From a virus (taxonomy: Duplodnaviria; Caudoviricetes): a stretch of DNA of 55,166 nt. The notes under the pieces were generated by a model. The model was not told the origin of the DNA. It saw only the letters and a program-made list of their open reading frames with translations, and did no database searches. How positions within the stretch are numbered: the first letter of the stretch is position 1; every line of letters starts with the position of its first letter. A program made the position numbers and the translations under genes. The stretch is from positions 1 to 55,166 of IMG/VR virus record IMGVR_UViG_3300030433_001688, one strand, 5' to 3'. Positions 47,057 to 55,166 of the stretch are shown here, one piece after another.

Positions 47057-49507
47057 ATGGAGTACGGACAAAGTAAAGGAACATACGGCAACTTCCCAGA
47101 TCCATTTGCAAGTCCCATAGAAAAGGCTTCAAATGAATACGGACTAAAATACGCTAAAGCTATCCACGGTCAGTGGGGCTCTGGCGAGGATTCTTCATCT
47201 CTACTAAATCGTAGGATGTATGAGTTTGAAAAAAATAGAGACTACGCTAACGGAACGCAGGATACTTCTATCTATAAACAGATACTTAACTCTCTCGATC
47301 CCAACAATGGTGACGGGACGTTACTTAATATAGACTGGTCCCCTGTACCTATCGTGCCTAAGTTCGTAAAGGTCGTTGTAAATAGAATACTTTCTCGTAA
47401 GCCTTATCCTGCTGTCGAAGCTATAGATCCAATATCTAAGCAAGAAAAAGAAATGCAGAAGGCTAAGATAAACTCTACGATAAAAAACAAAAAAGAGTTT
47501 ACAGAGGCTAAGCAGTTAGGATTGACTATGGAGCTTGATCCAGAAAGTGTACCAGACACTACTGAGGAAGCGGAAATATTCTTAGACGAAAACATAAAGA
47601 CTAGCGCAGAGATGGCAGCACAGCTAGCTACATCTCTTACTTTGGATTGGAATGATTTCGATGAGCATATATATAGGCGCTCTGTCAATGATCTTGTTAC
47701 ATGTGGTATAGGCGTTGTAAAAAGAAATAACGATCCCAACTACGGTATTACTGAAGAGTATGTAGATCCTTCATTCTTCGTACATAGCTATACTGAAGAT
47801 CCTAATATGAATGACATCGTTTACGCAGGTCATGTAAAGCGTATGTCTATTATGGATCTCAAGCGTATGGCTGGCGACGAGTTTACGGAAAAGGAGTACG
47901 AAGAAATGGCTAGAAAGGTAATGCATAAAAGCTATAACGATTCTGGTAAGTTTGCTAGCGGAGGTTACGATAGGAGTGGCAGAAAGATGACGTATGGATA
48001 TGACGATTATCTTATCGACGTATTACAGTTTGAGTTTAAAAGTGTAGACGAAGTTTTCTATGAAAGTAAAGAATCTCAGTTTGGTAATGTAGGATTCTAT
48101 TTTAAAGGTAGCGAGTACAAGCCAGTTACTGATTCTGTATACGAAAGGCAGCCATACAAGATGGATGTAGAGACAGTATATGGAGGTTGTTATATTGTAG
48201 ATAGCGGTAGGTTATTTAACTACGGTCAACAAAAGAACATACCAAAAAATGTTCATGATATATCTAAGTGTACACTTTCTTATAGTATAGCCTGCACAAA
48301 TATTAGAAGAATGATGCCTAAGTCTTTGGTAGGTAGCGTTACTGGATTTGCTGATCAACTACAATTAACACACTGCAAGATCCAACAAGCTATTGCTAAA
48401 GCTAAGCCAGATGGATTGATTATAGATATAGAAGGTTTAGAAAACGTCCAGCTAGGTAGGGGTGGTGAGCTTAGTCCTTTAGAGATTCAGGACATATACG
48501 AGCAGACAGGTATTATGTACTATCGTTCTAAGAATCCAGAGGGAGGTTTTCAAAATCCGCCGATACGTTCTATAGAAAATCAGATAAGAAACATAAACTC
48601 TTTTATTAGTCTATACAATCACTACCTACGCATGATTCGTGACGCTACTGGCGTTAATGAAGTTATGGATGCTTCTACTCCAAAAGGCGACGCTCTTGTG
48701 GGTGTTCAGCAACAGGCTATCGCTGCAGGTAATAACGCATTGTACGATATTACTAATGCCTCTCTTGTTTTATACAAGAAGGTGTGTTCTGATATTGTTA
48801 AGTGTTTACAAATTATACCAGAGGATTCTATACTTTATAGCGTGTATAAAAAGGCTATAGGTAAACACAGTATGGAGATCCTTACGTCATTTAAAGATCT
48901 CCCTATGTACAACTTTGGAGTGAGGGTTGTTAAAACGATGTCAGATGATGACCGTATTTTCTTAGAGCAAAACCTTCAAGCTTCTTTAGCTCAGAAAGAA
49001 ATAGATCTAGAAGATGCTATGGCTGTACGTCAGCTGAAAGATATTGATCAAGCTCAAAAACTTCTTATCGTAAGAAGGAAGAGAAGGATAAACATGCTTC
49101 AACAGCAGCAACAGCAAAATATTCAGGCTCAGTCTCAAGCCAACGCTCAAGCAGCTCAAGCTGCTTCTCAAGCTAAGCAGCAAGAAATGCAGATGGAAGC
49201 TCAGCTCGAAGCGCAAAAAATACAGCTCAAAGGTCAAGTAGACGTTCAGGTAGCTCAGGCTATGCACCAGATGAGTATGCAGCTAGAGCAGCTAAAGGCT
49301 CAGATTGCTGGAGGAACTCGTTCTGGAGAACAGATGTTTAGAGAGAAGCTTGAAACAATGAAGGACGATAGAAAAGACCAGAGGGTAAAGAAACAAGCTA
49401 TAGAGCAGTCTAAACTTATCTCTCAAAGAAAAGGTGAGCGTGCTCCCTTAGCAGATGTAGAGTCTGACAATCAAGATATACAAAACTTTTTACAATCAAT
49501 GATATGA
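47057..49507 (+). CDS. Portal protein
   Basis: 816 aa after terL; LNIDWSPVPIVPKFV, YSYTEDP-like, IRDATGVNE..D.S.P motifs; Gln-rich C-terminal coiled-coil barrel. Confidence 0.88.
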   Translation: MEYGQSKGTYGNFPDPFASPIEKASNEYGLKYAKAIHGQWGSGEDSSSLLNRRMYEFEKNRDYANGTQDTSIYKQILNSLDPNNGDGTLLNIDWSPVPIVPKFVKVVVNRILSRKPYPAVEAIDPISKQEKEMQKAKINSTIKNKKEFTEAKQLGLTMELDPESVPDTTEEAEIFLDENIKTSAEMAAQLATSLTLDWNDFDEHIYRRSVNDLVTCGIGVVKRNNDPNYGITEEYVDPSFFVHSYTEDPNMNDIVYAGHVKRMSIMDLKRMAGDEFTEKEYEEMARKVMHKSYNDSGKFASGGYDRSGRKMTYGYDDYLIDVLQFEFKSVDEVFYESKESQFGNVGFYFKGSEYKPVTDSVYERQPYKMDVETVYGGCYIVDSGRLFNYGQQKNIPKNVHDISKCTLSYSIACTNIRRMMPKSLVGSVTGFADQLQLTHCKIQQAIAKAKPDGLIIDIEGLENVQLGRGGELSPLEIQDIYEQTGIMYYRSKNPEGGFQNPPIRSIENQIRNINSFISLYNHYLRMIRDATGVNEVMDASTPKGDALVGVQQQAIAAGNNALYDITNASLVLYKKVCSDIVKCLQIIPEDSILYSVYKKAIGKHSMEILTSFKDLPMYNFGVRVVKTMSDDDRIFLEQNLQASLAQKEIDLEDAMAVRQLKDIDQAQKLLIVRRKRRINMLQQQQQQNIQAQSQANAQAAQAASQAKQQEMQMEAQLEAQKIQLKGQVDVQVAQAMHQMSMQLEQLKAQIAGGTRSGEQMFREKLETMKDDRKDQRVKKQAIEQSKLISQRKGERAPLADVESDNQDIQNFLQSMI

Positions 49508-49863
49508 GTTCAGTAGTAAACCTCGATGTATCCAAAAGATTAGATATCACCTGCAGAAAGGGCGATACGTTTAATCTTGTTATAAATGTTACTGACGCTG
49601 CTGGTGCAGTGGTAGATCTTACTACATACTCTTTTAAAATGGAGGTGCGTGCTACAGATACTTCTGAGGATTCTGTTATAACAAATGATCAGTTAACCAT
49701 TACTGGAACATCTGGCGGTGTTATTACGATTACTATACCAGCAAACATCATGGCTGGTATTACTAGCGGATTGTACACATACGATCTACAGACGATAGTA
49801 TCTGGTGTAACTCAAACATGGCTTCAGGGCGTGTTGCAAGTAAATGAGGATGTTACAGTATGA
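49504..49863 (+). CDS. Putative fibre adaptor (BppU-like beta sandwich)
   Basis: GDTF.L...D..G..VDLT.Y...M.VR...G.ITITI...G.Y.YDLQ...L.G...V..DVT pattern. Confidence 0.6.
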   Translation: MSSVVNLDVSKRLDITCRKGDTFNLVINVTDAAGAVVDLTTYSFKMEVRATDTSEDSVITNDQLTITGTSGGVITITIPANIMAGITSGLYTYDLQTIVSGVTQTWLQGVLQVNEDVTV

Positions 49864-51578
49864 GCGATATAAACTTAAGCATATCGACAGGCACTAATGT
49901 GCTTACACAGGCTGTAGGCAGTGATGAAGTAAACTTAGCTTTATCTAGCACAACCAATGTGCATACTACATCTATACAGACGCAGAATAATTTGTCCGTA
50001 GATGTCGGTATTGGCCCACAAGGCCCACAGGGACCTCAAGGAGATACTGGAGCTACTGGACCTCAAGGACCCCAAGGACCTCAAGGAGCTCAAGGACCTC
50101 AAGGACCTCAAGGAGACACTGGTGCTACTGGAGCTACTGGAGCTACTGGAGCTACTGGTGCTACTGGAGCTCAAGGTCCTGCTGGGGCAGCAGGTGCTGA
50201 TGGCACTACATTTACAGCTGGTGATGGCTTAGACTTAACAGGAGGCACTTTATCTGCTGACTTAAAATCTAACGGAGGTCTAGTTATAGAATCAAGTAAG
50301 TTAGCTGTTGATCTTGGAGCTTCTTCTATTACTGGAACTTTAGCTATTGGAGATGGAGGTACGGGCAGCACTTCTACAACATATTGTAATTTAACATCTA
50401 ATGTAACAGGAACGCTGCCTGTTGCCAATGGAGGCACAGGCGCTACAAGTTTTACAGCTAATGAATTACTTTTTGGTAATGGAACAAGCGCAATACAAAG
50501 TTCAAGCAACTTAACATATAATGGTTCAATACTTTCTATTATAGATAGTGATAGCTTTCAGCCTGTGTTACAATTAGAAAACACTAAAAATAACGCACTT
50601 TCAGGAAACATAATATTTGCAAAAAGTAGAGATTCAGGAACTTCTGCCGATGGAGATAAAATTGGACAGATTTATTTTATTGGTCATGATGACGCTGGTA
50701 ATACAGGACAACAGTATGGTTTAATAGAGTGTGCTTCTAAAGAAACTGGTAGCGGTCAAGAGGGTGGAAAAATATTAATGCAAGTTGCCTCTCATGATGG
50801 AAGCGCAGTTACTGGATTTACAATAGAAGATGGAGATGCAAGTGGTGAGGTAGATGTTACAATAGGAGCAGGTGCTGCTTCAACAACTACTATAGCTGGT
50901 ACTCTTACTATGGGTAGTACAGCATTTGTAAACAATAGTGGTGTAATACAAGTAGCTACTCAAGGCACTATTGATCATGATTCATTAGCAAACTTTTCTG
51001 CAGATGAACACTTTACTCAAGCAAATATTGTTGCTACTGGCGCTTTGAATAGCGGAAGCATAACTTCTGGTTTTGGTAATATAGATATAGGTTCTAGTAC
51101 GCTTGATACCACAGGAGATGTGTCAACTGGGCAGCTTTCAGCTAGATCAGTAATTCACTCAATTAGCGGTAATAGTGCTGGTGATTTTGGAACTGGCGCT
51201 GAAATATTAACGGGCATAAGTAATGATAGCGTTACTGCTGGAGCCATATATGTTTTAAGAAATGGTGTATGGACATTAATAGATGCTGATGCAGAGACTA
51301 CTGTAAATCAAATAGTTGGTGTTGCAACAGCTGCTGCAGGAAGCGGAAACTCTTCAAATGGTATGATTATAAAAGGATGTGTAACATTAAATTCTACATA
51401 TACCGCAGGTACTGACAGTGAAGGAGCAATAGTATATGCATCGGCAACGGCTGGGGAAGCTACACTTACAGCTCCATCTTCTTCTGGTCAATTTGTTAGA
51501 ATACTTGGACACTCTCTTAATGTAAGCGACAAAAAAATGTTCCTTAACCCAGATAACACATTCGTAAAAATAGCGTAA
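49860..51578 (+). CDS. Collagen-like tail fibre
   Basis: 21 GXY triplets; [13 protein letters not shown] fibre repeats; C-terminal G..T.TAPS.SG.FVRILG...FLNPD domain. Confidence 0.85.
   Translation: MSDINLSISTGTNVLTQAVGSDEVNLALSSTTNVHTTSIQTQNNLSVDVGIGPQGPQGPQGDTGATGPQGPQGPQGAQGPQGPQGDTGATGATGATGATGATGAQGPAGAAGADGTTFTAGDGLDLTGGTLSADLKSNGGLVIESSKLAVDLGASSITGTLAIGDGGTGSTSTTYCNLTSNVTGTLPVANGGTGATSFTANELLFGNGTSAIQSSSNLTYNGSILSIIDSDSFQPVLQLENTKNNALSGNIIFAKSRDSGTSADGDKIGQIYFIGHDDAGNTGQQYGLIECASKETGSGQEGGKILMQVASHDGSAVTGFTIEDGDASGEVDVTIGAGAASTTTIAGTLTMGSTAFVNNSGVIQVATQGTIDHDSLANFSADEHFTQANIVATGALNSGSITSGFGNIDIGSSTLDTTGDVSTGQLSARSVIHSISGNSAGDFGTGAEILTGISNDSVTAGAIYVLRNGVWTLIDADAETTVNQIVGVATAAAGSGNSSNGMIIKGCVTLNSTYTAGTDSEGAIVYASATAGEATLTAPSSSGQFVRILGHSLNVSDKKMFLNPDNTFVKIA
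50013..50201 (+). repeat. 9-bp tandem repeats encoding collagen GXY
   Basis: GGACCTCAA and GGAGCTACT units. Confidence 0.9.
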
Positions 51579-52144
51579 TGGGTTATATAGACGAAACATT
51601 GATATTTGAGTCTGACAGGATATATTATACAGATGAGGCATTTGGAGGGGAAATGCAGGTCATGATGTCTTGGGAAGATCCTATAATGAAAGCATCTGCT
51701 AATTATGTGTGTGAAGGAGGTGGAGATATATTAGAAATAGGATTTGGTATGGGAATATCTGCTGAACATATTCAGTCTAACTCTATATCATCCCACACCA
51801 TAGTAGAAAACCACCCTCAAGTTATAGAGAAAGCTAAAGCTTGGGCTGCAGGTAAGCCTAATGTCACCATAGTAGAAGGAGGTTGGTATGAAGTAAAAGA
51901 TTCTTTATCTACTTACGATGGAGTGTTTTACGATACATGGGGAGAAGATGACTGGACTTTATTTAGTACTACTATAGCATCATTATGTAAGCCTGGAGCA
52001 AAAGTTACATGGTGGAACGCAAATGCTTATGCTAATACTATTCATAACATAGAAGGTGTTTCATATGAAGCTATTTCTGTAAATCCTAAGTCTAATATGT
52101 ATTTTAATTCGACTACATATTACCTCCCTAAAAAAGTATTTTAA
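51578..52144 (+). CDS. Class I SAM methyltransferase, Rmt2/guanidinoacetate methyltransferase-like
   Basis: VMMSWEDPIM, ILEIGFGMGIS, HTIVENHPQV and YDGVFYDTW motifs. Confidence 0.85.
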   Translation: MGYIDETLIFESDRIYYTDEAFGGEMQVMMSWEDPIMKASANYVCEGGGDILEIGFGMGISAEHIQSNSISSHTIVENHPQVIEKAKAWAAGKPNVTIVEGGWYEVKDSLSTYDGVFYDTWGEDDWTLFSTTIASLCKPGAKVTWWNANAYANTIHNIEGVSYEAISVNPKSNMYFNSTTYYLPKKVF

Positions 52145-52822
52145 ATGCCTACTATAAACTTAAATAAAGGTGGTAGGATTATAGGTACAGTTGATACAAC
52201 TCAAGCAGCAGCTAGAGATGAAGCTTCTGGCACATCCACAGCACAAGGCACAGCTCAAGATAGTGCTGTTCAATACTTTAAAAGCGCAGGTAGAGGTGGA
52301 GGTACATTTAGATATATAAGATCTTTTTTACAATTTGATTCATCATCTATTACATCTGCAGTAGGTACTGCTGTTTTAAATATAGAGAGTCAAGGTATAT
52401 CTAGTACTGCTGATGTTATAGTTTGTGCAAGTGACGCTTTTGGTGGGGCAAGTGATGATCTTATAAATGACGATTTTAATAATGTAGATTTTAGTACTGC
52501 ATATTCAAGCGAACTTTCTACTTGGAATGCTAATGGAGCAAATAATGCTATTACATTAAATGCGGCAGCTCGTACAGCTATTCAAAATAATAATAGTTTT
52601 ATATGTGCTATTGTAGATCATGATAGTGATTTCCAAGACACTGACAATCTTTCTGGTGTATCAAACGGAAGCCAAACTGTAGGCATAGATTTTTCTGGGA
52701 CAATAACTTTAGTGGTTACGTTAGCAGGATATGCTAATGACGTTAATCTTGTAGCTAGTGCTAACATAGGTGAGGTTAATGGTGTAGCCAGTGGTGATAT
52801 AGAAAAAATAATAGGTGTGTAA
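52145..52822 (+). CDS. Putative virion protein
   Basis: RSFLQFD.S.I...A.L pattern; C-terminal VNLVASANIGEVNGVASGDIEKIIGV repeat. Confidence 0.6.
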   Translation: MPTINLNKGGRIIGTVDTTQAAARDEASGTSTAQGTAQDSAVQYFKSAGRGGGTFRYIRSFLQFDSSSITSAVGTAVLNIESQGISSTADVIVCASDAFGGASDDLINDDFNNVDFSTAYSSELSTWNANGANNAITLNAAARTAIQNNNSFICAIVDHDSDFQDTDNLSGVSNGSQTVGIDFSGTITLVVTLAGYANDVNLVASANIGEVNGVASGDIEKIIGV

Positions 52823-52828
52823 ATAAAT

Positions 52829-52836
52829 TATATTTG
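52829..52836 (+). promoter_or_regulatory. TATATTTG promoter of the envelope operon
   Basis: 4 nt before ATG 52841. Confidence 0.65.
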
Positions 52837-52840
52837 TAAT

Positions 52841-55166
52841 ATGAAAAATAAATCTTACTTATTGGTTTTTTTATTTTGGGTGATAGCATCATGTGTATTA
52901 GGACAACCTAGCAACGACAGTATACCTCCTATTTGCTCTGGTGTTCAAAATCTTCAAGGGCAAATTGATTGCTTTCCTTTTGCGCCAAATCAAGGTCAAC
53001 TACAAGTCATGTGGACTATACCTGAACCTGGATGTAATCCAGTTGGATTTTATAGGGGTGATGACTTAGATAATTTACAATTTGTGCCATACGGTCAATG
53101 GTTTGATGGTAGTTTTTACGGTGGTGTGCCGTCTTCACCTGTGTCAAATGATGAATACTATTTTATAGTAGAGTCTCCTGGTGGCATTATGGATACACTA
53201 ATCGTTGAAAATCCAAACTGCGGTATTGGCTGTTTAGATTCTTTAGCGACAAACTATAATCCTTTTGCTGGTATAGAGAGTGAATTTGGGGAGTCTTGTC
53301 AGTATGGTGAAGTATCAGAGTGTGGTAATATATTTACCCAAAAAGTATATGTAAGTATAACCGCAGATACATATTCTCAGTGGGAAACAAGTTGGGAGAT
53401 AGTCACAACAGATAGTATCCCGATAGTATTGGCTAGTGAAGATATAGGTTTTTATCAAACAGAGGGACTTACTGTAACAACAGAATACTGCATACCTCTT
53501 GGAGTTGAGTTTACTTTTAACATATACGATACGTTTGGAGATGGACTTGCAGGATCTACAACAGGTGGATTTACAGATGGAGACGTTCTTGTGTATACAG
53601 AGTGTGGTAATACTATATACAGCATACTGCCGTTTGAAGGACAGAATCCTGACTACGGATATGAAGCGATTAGTGAACCTAATTTACTAAACCCATGCCC
53701 TCCAGACAATCCGCCATTTGGTTGCTTAGATCCAGAATACTTAGAGTTCAACTCCCTTGCTACAAACAATGATTCTAGTTTATGTGTAACTCCTGCTGTT
53801 CCAGGATGCCTTAACGAGAATGCATTTAACTACGATCCAGAGGCAAATATCATGGATTATATTCCTGAGTGTGAATACACGCTTATGTTATTTGACGGAG
53901 GTGGTGACGGCTGGGATGGATCTTATTTAGGTGTTGTGCAGGACGGCGAACCTATTGGTGCGTTTACATGCACAGAGGAGCAAGCCTTCTATGATATAAC
54001 AGTAAGCTCTCAAACACATGTAGAGTTTAAGTTTTACGAAGTAGAGTTTGGCAGTTTCTTTGGTGAAGGTGGTACGAGCACTGATGTATCACAATGTGGA
54101 TTCAAATTAATAAGTCCTAATGGAAATATAGTCTTTGAGAAGGGAACTAATCCATGGTTAGATCCAATAGATCCTGATCAGGTATATACACCATATTTAA
54201 GATGCGGTAATTACTGTGAGCCATATACATATGGATGCACAGATGAATCTGCACAGAACTACAATAGTGATGTTAACACAGAAGATGGTAGTTGCTATTA
54301 TCAAGCTGGCTGCGCACAAGCTGGTTATCTAGAATATTACACTCAGGGGTACGAGGCTGATTTTGATGACGGCAGTTGCCAAACGGTAGCTGTTTTTGGC
54401 TGTATGGATCCTGATGCTTTTAACTACAACGAAGAAGCAAATGTTGACAACGAAGGTTGCATTCCTGTTGTGCTGGGTTGCATGAATCCTTTGGCTTATA
54501 ACTATCTACCATCTGCTAACGTAGACGATAACAGCTGTATACCTTATATATATGGCTGTATGGATCCATCGGCTTACAACTACAATGAAAATGCAAACAT
54601 TGATGATGGAGAGTGTGAGCCTTTTGTATACGGATGCACTGACAACAGTATGTTTAATTACAATCCTGCAGCAAATGCTGAATACGATCCATCGAACTGC
54701 GAGCCTTATATTTATGGTTGTACAGATCCTAGCATGCTTAACTATGATGCCTCTGCTAATACAGAAGACTTTAGTTGCATACCTTACATTTATGGTTGCA
54801 CTGATCCTGAAGCTCTCAACTATGATGAACTTGCTAACACAGACAACGGCTCTTGTATCGATGTACTAGTTGACTGCATGGATCCTGATGCATACAATTA
54901 TAATGAATTAGCAAATACACCAGATGAAGATGCATGTCTATATGACGCAGGGTGCATAGGTGGTCCTGGTGAACCCTACTGGTTAAACGATGGCTGTTAC
55001 GCTTGGATTATCGATATAGATCCTTACTGCTGCGAAGTTGCTTGGGATGAAGCATGTGTAGATCTATACTCTTACTGTGAGCAAGGCTGGCCACAAGGAG
55101 TCCTAGAAACAACGAGAGATATAAGTGTATATCCCAATCCTGTAACAGACATTTTAAATATTAAAA
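52841..55166 (+). CDS. Secreted Cys/Asp-rich repeat protein with T9SS CTD (828 aa across the junction, ends at base 260)
   Basis: Missed by the ORF track because it has no stop before the window end. Signal peptide MKNKSYLLVFLFWVIASCVLG/Q; about 12 GCxDxxAxNYxxxAxxDxxxC-type repeats; DTFGDG and DGGGDGW motifs; IDPYCCEVAWDEAC; YPNP CTD. Confidence 0.92.
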   Translation, partial: MKNKSYLLVFLFWVIASCVLGQPSNDSIPPICSGVQNLQGQIDCFPFAPNQGQLQVMWTIPEPGCNPVGFYRGDDLDNLQFVPYGQWFDGSFYGGVPSSPVSNDEYYFIVESPGGIMDTLIVENPNCGIGCLDSLATNYNPFAGIESEFGESCQYGEVSECGNIFTQKVYVSITADTYSQWETSWEIVTTDSIPIVLASEDIGFYQTEGLTVTTEYCIPLGVEFTFNIYDTFGDGLAGSTTGGFTDGDVLVYTECGNTIYSILPFEGQNPDYGYEAISEPNLLNPCPPDNPPFGCLDPEYLEFNSLATNNDSSLCVTPAVPGCLNENAFNYDPEANIMDYIPECEYTLMLFDGGGDGWDGSYLGVVQDGEPIGAFTCTEEQAFYDITVSSQTHVEFKFYEVEFGSFFGEGGTSTDVSQCGFKLISPNGNIVFEKGTNPWLDPIDPDQVYTPYLRCGNYCEPYTYGCTDESAQNYNSDVNTEDGSCYYQAGCAQAGYLEYYTQGYEADFDDGSCQTVAVFGCMDPDAFNYNEEANVDNEGCIPVVLGCMNPLAYNYLPSANVDDNSCIPYIYGCMDPSAYNYNENANIDDGECEPFVYGCTDNSMFNYNPAANAEYDPSNCEPYIYGCTDPSMLNYDASANTEDFSCIPYIYGCTDPEALNYDELANTDNGSCIDVLVDCMDPDAYNYNELANTPDEDACLYDAGCIGGPGEPYWLNDGCYAWIIDIDPYCCEVAWDEACVDLYSYCEQGWPQGVLETTRDISVYPNPVTDILNIK
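55068..55165. repeat. Terminal direct repeat, copy 2
   Basis: Identical to bases 1-98. Confidence 0.97.

Noticed and set aside
49941-50232. Ser-rich and Leu-rich ORFs over the collagen region
   Set aside because: They are alternate-frame artefacts of the 9-bp repeats.
53499-54869. Track ORFs 53499-53690 and 54552-54869
   Set aside because: They are out-of-frame shadows within the 52841 ORF.
54220-54940. CRISPR array or DGR template/variable repeats
   Set aside because: The repeats are degenerate, in-frame protein repeats (GCxD...), and no cas or reverse transcriptase gene was seen.

Overview
The window appears to be a complete circular or terminally redundant genome (~55,067 bp after removing a 98-bp end overlap) of a tailed dsDNA phage of Bacteroidota, probably Flavobacteriia. 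Host evidence: TAnnTTTG promoters, SD-less A-rich leaders, signal peptides followed by Gln, and a T9SS C-terminal domain. The + strand carries packaging and virion genes (GroES, terminase, portal, collagen fibre, scaffold, major capsid, podovirus-type tail, three ejection-type proteins) and lysis genes (M15 peptidase, holin). The - strand (27.7-37.5 kb) carries replication and recombination genes (primase-helicase, resolvase, RecE-like exonuclease, ERF, SSB) and many small early genes. I recognised no DNA polymerase, RNA polymerase, integrase or CRISPR array. Most notable observations: (1) a tRNA-shaped RNA whose anticodon loop is replaced by a 16-nt loop complementary to an AACCAA(UU) motif at the start of about 8 early genes; (2) a canonical hammerhead ribozyme plus other structured RNAs between early genes; (3) a five-gene cell-envelope operon spanning the genome junction, missed by the ORF track: a Cys-rich T9SS cargo, a small peptide, an outer-membrane beta-barrel, a membrane coiled-coil protein and a CxxC-less exported thioredoxin. 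All family assignments come from motif recognition by eye, not database searches.
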